Shown here: positions 12,687-24,400 of the stretch, in pieces
Layout: each line of letters begins with the position of its first letter
How positions within the stretch are numbered: position 1 is the first letter of the stretch
Assembly (NCBI GenBank): GCA_012295275.1
Contig: CM022677.1
Span: forward strand, 9,672,001 to 9,736,000
Direction of reading: 5' to 3'
Source: Chrysomallon squamiferum
Lineage: Eukaryota > Animalia > Mollusca
Length of the DNA: 64,000 bases
Translations under genes and position numbers: made by a program
The notes under the pieces: model-generated
Database searches by the model: none
What the model was told of the DNA's origin: nothing
Seen by the model: only the letters and a program-made list of their open reading frames with translations

Positions 12687-15600
12687 GCGTCCTTTTAAGA
12701 AATACCCTAACAAAATAAAAACAAAAAATAATAACAATAATTATAATTAAAAAATGAAAAATAAAAATAAAATTATTAGCGAGAGCCCCTAGCGGCCGTT
12801 AGCACTGCTATTTAGAGTCTTATACATATTTTCTTTCTCATTCTGCCTTGTATCTGTAACTCCCGTATTTACTGTTAATCTATCTGAAGTGAAACGGTGG
12901 TATCCGAACCGAAGAAAAAAAATAATAATAATAAAAATAAATGATAAAAAAATAACAATAATAAAATAAATAAATTATTACTCAGGAACGACAACTCTAC
13001 ATAGTTGTCTGCAGAAGTAAACAACAAAAACAATAGAAAAAGTACAGTAACGAACGACATCTCTTACGCAGGAATGATCTCATTTTAATATATCAGTTGA
13101 AATAGTAAGTCAGTAAGTCTACCTCTATTAAGGTCTTCATGAAAGGAACACTTTATTGAACATATCACGCAAATCTGATAAAGATATCTCTTGAAATAAG
13201 TTTTATGTGACTTAAGGTTGACCTTTCTTTTAAAAAAACTCTAAAATTCCTACTTTAGGAATGTGGATTTTTATCAACTTTGACATGAAATATCTATGTC
13301 AATTTTTTTAGATAATATAAGGGTGGCGGGGGCAGATAATGTGACATGATGTAATATATATTACGTACGTAAATAACTAGTTACCACATACATTTACCGA
13401 TATTAAAATGAGTGTCCTACAAACAACCATAAAGGTTTTCAAATCGGTGAGCTTTAATAAGGTAATCATTGATATAGAAATATTAATGTATACAGTATTG
13501 CAAAGCTGGTGTCTCCAGGGAGGACAAACTGACCAGGTTCATAAAACTGTTTTTAATTATTATGAAGTATAATAAAGATTTAAGTTGTAAAATCTGAACA
13601 AAATCAAACCAAAAACCCTCACACAACCAGTGTTGCCACCTTCACTGACAGTTATTTAAGGTCCTGACATGTCATGTGCCAGAATAAAATGCCTTGCTCA
13701 CTGAGAATGTTTCCCTATACATGACCAGACAGTTCCCAGGGCTAATCATCCTAATGAAAGCAGACATTAGGAGGCAGTCACCTAAGCCTATCTTGCTAGC
13801 ACTAACTTCCCTCATACAACTCTTAGGAACTAATTAATTTAAAACCATTAAATACTGTCCTTTATAGAATAGGAAACAATGGTTTTTATTTCTCTATTCT
13901 ACTTGTACAATTTTTATTTGTTTTTCCATCTGATACTGATTGTCTTTCAGTTGCACTTTTTAAATCGGTTAAATTATATTAATATATATATATATACTGA
14001 TGATCATTTAAATATAAATGTTTTAATTAAAATGACAATATTAAAGTAACAGTATCTGGTTCAAATGTTATAAAAATAAAGTTCTGATTTCAACTGCATA
14101 GCAACACTTTTAATTTAGTTTTAATTTACTTTATATGTCATTAACAGATATGATTGAATATTATAAAAAGGTAAAAAAACATCTGCTATTTTTTGACATG
14201 GTAAAAGCTGCATTTGATGTCACTTATGCTGACATACGTGTCAATAGTTGCCCATATCTGTACCACTGATTAGTGGAGGCCTGGGCAAATGGTTTGGTTT
14301 GCAGTTGAAGTTATGTAGTTAAATACATAAAAAAGTTGTCTTTCTCTGTGTATGCTTGTGTGTGGTTGTGTGTGTGTGTGTGTGTGTGTGTATTATTATC
14401 CAAAGAACAACTTTTTGACAACAGAAACCACTTCTCAGCCTTCTTGCCAAGATCAAAGGATTGTATCACGTTTGAATTTCTTATGATCAAGTATTGTTGG
14501 TTTCTGAGTTCCAGTTGCACATTGGACTATCATTCAGGATTGTTTTTCTGTAACTGAGAATATCATCTTTCTTAAAAAACAAAATGAGTTTCTGTCCAGC
14601 TGGGATTGAGGAAGAAATCTGTAACTTAAGTGGCTGACATGGCACTGAGGGGTTGAAATGGCCCCTCATTTACCTGGATAAAAATAAGAAAGACAACTAT
14701 AAATATGAAATAAAAATATCTTTAGCAATTATGACACAGAACTGCCACATCTTACCGAAAAAAACCTCTCAAGACTGGTCTCTAGACTTCAAAAATCAAA
14801 GTTCAGTCCACCATAACTCAGATTTTTAAATGTAACGGTTTTAATCTGATAGCATAACCCATGTATTTTCAATGTGGAATGACTTGTCTTCGAAATAAGG
14901 CAGGTGTGATGTTGTGTGCAAAAAAGATAGAATCCCAGATCAGAAGAAAAAAAAATGAGGGGAAAGAAAGAAAAAGCAACATCACTAACTGACAAAATAG
15001 CAACATCAGAAAGCAAACAAAAGAATATAAAATCAGAGGATGACACCGAGTCCTCTGTTACCGAAAGGATGCCAGCAAGGAAAAGGTTGAAATCTTAACT
15101 GTCTTTTTTTAATGCTGTCAAGATCTGTCTCAACAGATTCTATTGAATGTAAGGAAAAACAGACTCTGTTTATTTTGATTATAGAATATATAATAAACAC
15201 AGTCCTAGCAGTGTTTTTCTGATATCTGCTTTGAAACATCTTGTTGCTGTTGGCTGCTCTCTTCTTGTATACTGTGCTTATTATTTTTGGTTTTTGACTA
15301 TTCAGCACGTGTTTTGTTATGACATGCTAAATGATTTTCTCTAATTCTTATTATTATATATGTATTTTTTCCAGATTTTGTGCTTACATTACACTGAATC
15401 AATTTAGCAATCAAAATGAATCATTTTATATTTGTATTTCTTCTTACTTTCACCAACAATTTTGTTTTGCTTGTATTGCTAGTTTTCATCTCTTCAGAGT
15501 TCATTTACCTTTATCAGAATAGGTACACTCAATCATTTATTGATAATTCAACAAAATAAAATATTCTTAATTTTAATTTAATTACAGAACTAAAATTAGA

Positions 15601-16789
15601 TATCTTTTGTCTTCAAAAAATTCACTTTATTAATACTTTGATAACAATGAAAAAATATATTTAAAACCGTATAATACTTGGCATAAATTATAGGGGAAAT
15701 TGTATTTGGAGTCCAATTTGGAAAACAATAAACATCAGTTTAATATAAAATTTCAATTATATTTAGTCAGTTGACTGTGTTATTGCAGCAAGAAAACATC
15801 TATTCTACGTATTTGGAAGGTTGTGCCCACTCTCAGGTGTTTGTTGCAACTGTGTGCACTCAGTCTTGCATGCTTTTGTTTACTGTTTATGAACTAAACA
15901 GTTTATTAATAACATAGAATATGTATTTCAGTAACATTTTGGTTAGATTTCTCTTGAAGGAGCCATCACTCACTCACTCACTCTCTCTCTCTGATGAAAT
16001 TTAGGATAAAATGTAAAATAACTTTTCATTCAGTAAATCCTTAATTAATCATACTAGAAGTAAGGCTTGAAATAGGGTTAGGCAATGGTTAGAATTAGCT
16101 TCACTGTTAGGGCTGAGGTTAGTAATAGGGTTAAAGTTAACATAAGGGTTAGCTTTATGTTAGGATTGTGGTTATTCTTAATACTGAATAGGGTTGGGTC
16201 AAGATTGGGGTTTTTTTAGAACTTTTTATTAGGATTATAATTAAATATAGAATTTCAGTTAATTTTAAATATTAATTTATCTGGATGTATCTTATCTTAA
16301 ATAAGGAAGCACAGTTCAAGAATGAAATTTCTTTTTTGTAAATTAATCTCAGCTGTTACTGTAAAGCAGATAATGCATGCTGGGACACATGCAAAGCTGT
16401 TAGGGTACCATATTCCAGCTGAAGTTTTGAAAAACATTGACTTGTTATTCAAGTTATTCAGTCTTCATGGAACATTATTAATCCTAAAAACAAATGGTAC
16501 AGTTTAATATACCAGCGTTCAACATATAATGTTAAAGGCAGCGCCAAGTAAGTTATTGAAATACAAAATAAACTCTTTAAAAAACATGTTTTTATTATAA
16601 AATTAATTAACACTAGCCTAATAATTGTTGTTTTTTTATTTTCATTTATTATAATGCAAACATTATTATTGACCTATTGAAAAAAATAAAGGAACAGTTT
16701 TAAAAAACATTTTATAATTTTAAAACTTATTCATGACAAACGCTGTGCTCTGACAATTTATAGATTGTTTTCTTTTTTTATTGAGTTCT

Positions 16790-17088
16790 GTTCAAATGTA
16801 CAAAATGTATTTTAAATCAGTTTAAAATAGAATCACCGAGTTATCATGGTCAAATGTACAAAACATATTTCAAATCAGTTTAAAATAGAATCACCAAATT
16901 ATGTTTAAATGTACAAACTGTATTTTAAATCAGTTTAAAACAGAATCACTGAGTTATCATGGTCAGAAGTACAAAATGTATTTTAAATCAGTTTAAAATG
17001 GAATCACTGAGTTATCATGTTCAAATATACAAAATGTATTTTAAATCAGTTTAAAACAGAATCACTGAGTTATCAGTTAAAAGTACAA
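16790..17088. repeat. Minisatellite, about 5 x 58 bp, with an internal hairpin, just 3' of CHS
   Basis: Unit aaatgtacaaaatgtattttaaatcagtttaaaatagaatcaccgagttatcatggtc. Confidence 0.93.
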
Positions 17089-17141
17089 ATCTGTGATGCG
17101 TTATATTTAAAACTGTCACACACTTACTATGAAGTGTTCTC

Positions 17142-17147
17142 TTTATT
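17142..17147 (-). promoter_or_regulatory. Candidate proximal polyadenylation signal of CHS (AATAAA)
   Basis: tttatt on the + strand, about 48 nt past the stop codon. Confidence 0.45.
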
Positions 17148-17194
17148 AAGTATGTGTATAGCAGATATAAGCTCTGTTTCACTGTGTTTAAGTC

Positions 17195-18311
17195 TTAGAC
17201 CAAAAGAGGTGTTGTTTCACTAACAGAATGTTTAACATCTTTAGAACGACGAAAACGTGCTTTTTCATATCGTGTCAAAACACTACACTGCTTATCATCA
17301 GCATCGACTGCATCACCATCTACATTATCATCATGAAACGACCATGCTGTTTCAAAACGAGCACCACATTTGTATGGTGCTCGGGCCACATAATGAACAG
17401 CTGTGTTAAAGCGATGCACAAACATGGCAAGAAATTGTGTAAGAAATAAACTTCCAAATATGATGATAAAACTGAGACCTGTAATAAATAAATAAACAAT
17501 TAAATAAATTAGATCAACAAAAATTATAAATAAATAAACAAATAAATTACATCAACAAAAATAATAAATGACAACACTAAAAAAAATTAAACTAAATGTT
17601 TTTAAAATATTGATAATCTCTATTTTATTTCGATTGTACTTGCGTGTTGTGTGTGTTATTTGTTTCATTTGTTTGTTACTTTGTAATGTATTATAGACAT
17701 TTCTCTTTGAACATTATTATTTAAATGTGTTTATTTATTCACAGAAAGAAAGAAAAATTAACTCACCTACAGGATTTGCACCTAACACAGTTAGATTTCC
17801 TTTTGAAGCTAGGGTTGTAATGAGAATGAGCCACAGAGTGTTACATACAGCAAAAATTAGTAACCAGGAGTTTCTAAGCTCAGCAAGTTTAACTAAAACA
17901 TAATTAAAATTATTTTCATTACTGGGCAATTTAACTCGAACATAACTACAATTGTTTCCATTACTGAGTAATTTAAGGCTGATAACTTGTGAGAGGTTAA
18001 CTTCATAGAAGTGTGAGCTGTATGTACGTGTGTGTGTTTGTGTGTGTCTGTATGTGTGAGAGAGAGACAGAAAGAGAGATAACATTGTCTTTATGGTAGG
18101 CACTTACATATACACACATATACAAATCTGATTATAAATGTTTTTTAGTTACCTTTAAGCTCTTCTTCTAAACCAAAAGCTTTTGTTCCTGGTTTCAGAC
18201 ATTCATTTCTAAGTCTCTGCCAGAAATCATATTCCCCAATGTTAAAGTGTTTAAGATAGTGAGTGGGAGATGCATCTATTATATTTTTCATTTCCATTGC
18301 CATTTTCTCAC
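17195..18311 (-). CDS. CHS: CHS exons 19-21 (coiled region, final transmembrane helices, C-terminus)
   Basis: Exons 18153-18311 (EYDFWQRLRNECLKP), 17767-17892 (LAELRN...NTLW) and 17195-17478 (QFLAMFVHRF...ETTPLLV stop) match typical animal CHS C-terminal motifs. Confidence 0.92.
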
Positions 18312-21300
18312 CTACAAGTTTGAAAAGATAATTAATAAAGAACTTACAGAACAATATGAAATTATAAATTTTCAAAGAATGATTTATTAGATTTAGGAAC
18401 AAACCTTCTGTGGGATTTCGTAGCTTCTGAATAGCATATAAAAGACGCTTCACATGACCTGAAAAATAAAAATAATAATACCAAGACAAATTTAAAAAAA
18501 CAACAGCTATATTTACAAGGTATGAACAGAACCAGCAAGTATTAACTAAGATTTGCAGATATAAATAGAATTAATGCTAAATATTTGAAATAATATTTAA
18601 AAATCATATTTTGCATAACATTTCCATTTAGAAATGCATCATTCTAAAATTTGAAGATAAGTAATTGTATTTCTTGCACTTCACCAGCTTTTGTTATTTT
18701 AAGTTCTTTTTCCACTTCTTTTCGCCCAAATGTTTTTAAGATGCTCAGATCTTTCGGCCTGTGAATATGACTTTGTCTAAAGGTTTCCTGGTACATCGGC
18801 AGACCTATTGCATCCAGCCACTCTTTGACACTTGTCTGCAAAATATTTTTCCTTGTTTTGTATGTATTCCTTTTTTTTTCTTTTTTTTAAAAATTATCTC
18901 ATTTATAATATAATGTGTTTTAAAATAAAATTATATGGTTGAAAAATAATGCTTGGAGATTTATATTTTATATGTTTTAACAATGTTTCTAGTGACAGGT
19001 GTTAGTAATCTTTTCAGAGCTGAGCCTTTACATAAAACAATCATATACACACACACAAACACACACCCACATACACACAAACACAAACCCACACACACAA
19101 ACACAAACATGCAGTTTGACTTATTTATATATTCAGACATAAATGCAGAAATACAGATAGTATGTACACAGATGAACTCCAATACATACAAACATACACA
19201 TTAAATCACAGATAACTTACTGGAACATGATACTCAATTTCAAATGTTGGCAGGCTGTTTATCTGATCCAGAATAAATTGTTTGTGGGTTTTTGTTGTGA
19301 TTCCAATGTCTTTCAGTTCTTTAGAATTCATGCCAGATATAAACAATGTGTTGTCAAAACCATGATGTTTAAATGTCTGGGCATACTTCACCTGAAAATA
19401 TTTAAACAATTAAAGTATGGTGATATTAATTTCTATTTTATTTTATTATTATTATTTTTTTCTCAAGTAATCTGTTGATGAAATTACAATTATTTAAAAA
19501 GAGAATTGGCAGATATTACATGCTTTGATAATTTATTGATATAAATTTAGATATTGATTATATGCATCTTAATAAATTCTCTTTACACAAAAACTGAAAG
19601 TAACAATAATGGGAAGTAAGTATTTGTTCATTCATTTTTTCTTCATTATAATATACTTTTACACTGATTCAGTTAACATGTACCTTGAACTCGACTGGTA
19701 GCCAGTCTTCAACAGCAACAGGCGATGCATCACCAATATCATCATCATCCTCAGTGTCGTCCATGCTATCATCTTTTAATATATGTGTGTGTGTGTACGT
19801 ATATATATATATATATATATAAACATCAAGATATAAACAGATACATTCAATGTCAAGAATAAAAGAGAAACGTGTGCGTGCACTTGCACATGTATGTGTA
19901 TGTGCAAATATATATATATATATATATATTCATATATATGCCTGTTTGAGTTGGAGAGAGAGATTTGTTAAAATAACAATATGCATTATTTTATGATTGT
20001 TTCCTGGAGACATAACATAGTTTATCTAGTTTATGAAATGTAAAATAAGTATTATATCTAGAAAAATTTACTAAATATGTATTAAATTATATGTGTTGTT
20101 GCTTACCACTTTGTTCTGCATCTTTTGCTGTTCCTGTAAGTGACAGGGATTTTTCCACTTGGTCTGGGTCATCTTGTGAGGTATGAGGAGCAGGGTCACT
20201 GCTGACTGAACTGTGTATAGGCGTTGACATTGTTTGAACTTCTGCATCAAACATTGGTGTCTTTTCACTGTCTTTGGCGAAACATAAACTGCAAGAATAC
20301 ATCTGTTAACATGATTTTTTTTACGATTTTTAGTGATAATCACAATCTCAATTTACACTTATAAATATCAGTTTATACGTATAACAAATAAATTTCATAC
20401 AAAACAAGTTTCTAGTTATACTTACAAACATATCTTTGTGAACCAATATTTCAGTTTACTCTGCCAGGATTGTTTACTTATAGATGATTCGATTTTGTCT
20501 TCTCTAGTCCCTGAAAGTCAAGTAATATTTATTTAATATTGTTATTATTTGAGTAATCTTTAATTAGTGAAAATACCCATTATGAAGTCAACTCTGACAG
20601 GTCAATAACAGATATTTAACAATATTTAACAGATCGAACAAGTGTAAAAATGTTTGTGATTGTGAACATTTTAATTTACTTTATATCTCTCTCACTTTCC
20701 CATACAGGTATAGTACACACACACACACACACACACACACGCAAATAAATATATAATGCTCAGTCTTTTTCTCTTTCATTATTTTCTCTCTGTGTGCACG
20801 TAAAATGAGAATTTTTTTAAAATTTATATTTTTATAATAAGACTCACCCCAGCTCCTGTCTGTGATGTTACATATACTGTAGAGATTAAGAACGAGGTAA
20901 CCAGAAGGCAAACACAGTAAGTACCAGAGAGCGTGGATCAAACACAGAAATTCACGAGGATGAAGAATGGCTGCCAGGATGAACATAGCAGCCAAACAAA
21001 TGAAGTAAAAAGTGGCAACAGAAATACCATGATTGAAATCAATAACTGAAGGAATAAGAATAATAAATACTGTAATAAGTATATTTTATTTCTGTACATT
21101 CAAAAATATCTATTTTCTTCATAATTGCCTATCTACCTATCCACTTATCTAACAACAAACTACATATATAAACCCCCTAAATACATCCAGCTATCTATCT
21201 CTGTGTATGTGGTGTTTGATTATGCGTGTTTTTTTATTTATTTATTATAATTATTATTATATTTTTAGCATAATGTTTTATTATTTAGTTATTATTAACC

Positions 21301-21409
21301 TTGTTCACTTTTCCCGATTTCTTCAACCATTTGTTCAACTGTTCCCACAGCAACTGCACTCATTATAACTGCATAGAGGAAAGTTATAAGCTTGGCAGTC
21401 TGAAAAAAC

Positions 21410-21491
<82 letters not shown>

Positions 21492-24400
21492 ATGAAATAA
21501 ACAAAATAAAAATTATAATTAAAAACAATATAGTTAGCCAAATTTATGAACAAGTTGTAAGACAGTCACAACTGTTTTAGGGTTTAATAGATAACAATCT
21601 ATAGTCACACACATACACATACATATATACACATACACACATATACACCCATGCATACAGATACCAACACATACCCACCCAAACATACACATACATACAC
21701 ACTCACACAAACACATACTAACATACACACTCACACAAACACATACTAACATACACCCATAAATAAAAAATGTACAACAATCAGTAAGGGCAGAAACAGT
21801 TAAGCTTATAGTCACTGACCATTATCTGTGTTTTGTCTGAGCTATATAAACAGCTGACAACAAAAATAAGGCTGACAAGAATCTGAAGAACAATGGATGA
21901 TACAGGATTGATGTGCCATGCAAAAGTTAACCCACCTATAAGTACAGCAAGATATCACAACATATATATATATATATATTAATAAATATTAATTGAATCT
22001 TTTGGAATTCTAAGATAAAGGTGTGTACAGGTCAAAGCACATAAAGAGAAACAGAATTCAGAAAAGAAAAACTAAATAGGTATGAAAACAAATCAGAAGA
22101 ATATGAGAATAAATGATTGAAATATAAAGAATATACATTAGATGCTAATGTTAGCTTTGAAGTAAAAAAAATGTGTATATTTTTTTTACTGTTAACTACA
22201 GTAAAAAGGCAACTAAAGAAAGAGCTGTTATTATGATGTCACTGGTATAGGCAATCTATCATCTGTGTAACAGTGGTACCTTGACTTACAAGTTTAATTC
22301 ATTCTGTGACCGAACTCGTAACTCAATTTGCTTGTATATCAAATCAGTTTCCCCAAATGAAATTAACTTAAATACCATTAATCTGTCCTAGCACTCCAAA
22401 AGCCACCCCAATTTTTTGTAAAGTGTTTTTAAATAAGAAAAATGTATTTACAAATGACAAATCTTGTAATAAAATAAAATAAAAGAGAATGTAAAGAAAT
22501 AATGTAAAGTGTACAGGGTTAGGTAATGTAAAGATAGAATGTAAAGTGTACAGGGTTAGGTTTTCTCTTTCTTTTCATAGAAACATGTCTGCAGCTTAAA
22601 AATTAATTTAACGCCTTTGGCTGGAGTTACAGCCTTTATCGACTCCTTATGCTTCAGTATGGTAAATATCATAAAAGTACTGTGCTCGTACTGCCTAGCC
22701 AAGTTCGCTACATGCATATGTTTTTCTATGATTTCAGGTTTAATTCAATGGACATCATCTGCTTCTTCTTCTCAGCACTGTCCATTGAAATCTGGCAAAA
22801 TACTGCACAAAATGCGAGCAAAACACAAGAGATGCTTCCTTGGCAATGTACAAACGAGTAAGACATGCAATGCTGGACGGATGTTGTGTTGTTCACTGCG
22901 CCAAGTAGCAGCGGCATATCTGAAGCTTGCTTGTAACTCGGATTTTGGCTCGCAACTCAAATTAAAAAATAGACTGAGCAGCTGCTCATAACTTGAAAAA
23001 CTTGTAAGTTGGATCACTCATTACTCGGGGTACCACTGTATACCACAGCATTTACCATAGCGCTAAAACGTCAAATAAAGTGGATGGATTTTCCAACTTG
23101 TTAAATGCCTTTTCCCATATTCATAAATATATAAATATATTAAAGGTAACATTTAAAGTCAGATATCTCAAGTTATTACAGGTAATGTGTAAAATCAGAT
23201 TATCAATATGTTACATGTAATGTGTAAAATCTGATATATAATGTGCTACAGGTAATGTGTAAAATCAGATATATAAATATGTTATAGGTAATGTGTAAAA
23301 TCAGACATATAAATACATTACAGGTAATGTGTAAAATCAGACATATAAATATGTTACAGGTAATGTGTAAAATCAGACAGTCTGTACAGGAATGCTATTA
23401 AGTGCCTGAATAACTTAGCCCACAGTTAAGCATAATGTTAAATATTTCTAAATATCTACACAATGCCTGACATTTCTCGAAATAAATGAAACATAATATC
23501 TTATTCTAAAAGTAAAAGTAAGTAATAAGAAGATGCTACAGAAGATGATGTGCCATTACCCAAAATATTTGGATTTCAGAATTTTAGAAAAGGTATCTCT
23601 ACCTGTTTTATGTCATACTGATTCTGAGCAGCTAATAAAAACTAATAAAAGATTAATGTCTGAAAATGATAACCAAAGCATAGTTTTGGCTCACCTGAAA
23701 CAACTAAAATGACAGTGCTTGGTGACACAAGGGTGGAGAACAACAACAAACCCTGGTAAAGAATAAACAGGAATGAAACACGATGGTTGAAATGGGAGAT
23801 AACTTTCCACTCCTTGATTATTAAGATAAGATTTGCAATGGTGGAGGCAATCCAGCGTCTACGCTGTTTATAAAATTCTCCAAACTCATCTGGGCAATTC
23901 GTGCTGTTTTCTGATGCTGCACAATACTCAATTCTCCAACCACTTTGCACCTTCAGAAAAAGAAAAGTTATTAATATACAAACATTTAGATAAGTTAGGA
24001 AAGTTTGGACAAAAGAAATTTAAAAATGTTTTTTAAAATCTATAGCTCCCTATTCATTTTCTAAATGACCAGTTGCTGGGTTTAGACTTACGTTTTAAAA
24101 AAAGTTTTATTCGTGCATTCTGATTATTCAAAAGAACTGAACCTACTGGTATATTAAGAAACTCCTAACTATCCATACATCTATCCAACTACATCTGTCT
24201 GTCTAGCTATACATCCCACAGTCTGTCTATTCATCACAATGGTGAATAAGTCTATTACCAAGAGTGTACACAGCCAGCGATCTTCACCCATGTCTTTAGT
24301 AAGGAATTGAAAGGCGTGTTCTACTCCACTAGCGTATGTGGGCAGAATGTCCCTGAGAGCCTTACAGCGGTAGACACTGAAACAGCCAGGTGAACACAGC

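Noticed and set aside
14400-15310. Coding-like stretch (e.g. + strand SEDDTESSVTERMPARKRLKS, minus-strand splice-like sites at 14675 and 14756)
   Set aside because: No consistent frame or recognisable family, so it cannot be supported as a gene.
16070-16210. ttaggg-like repeats (reverse orientation near 30660-30790) as interstitial telomere
   Set aside because: Highly degenerate and short; more likely part of a dispersed repeat.
20458-20460. Alternative CHS donor (a|GTAAAC) in the GTRE exon
   Set aside because: Its phase does not match the next acceptor; the GTAAGT donor after 20426 fits.
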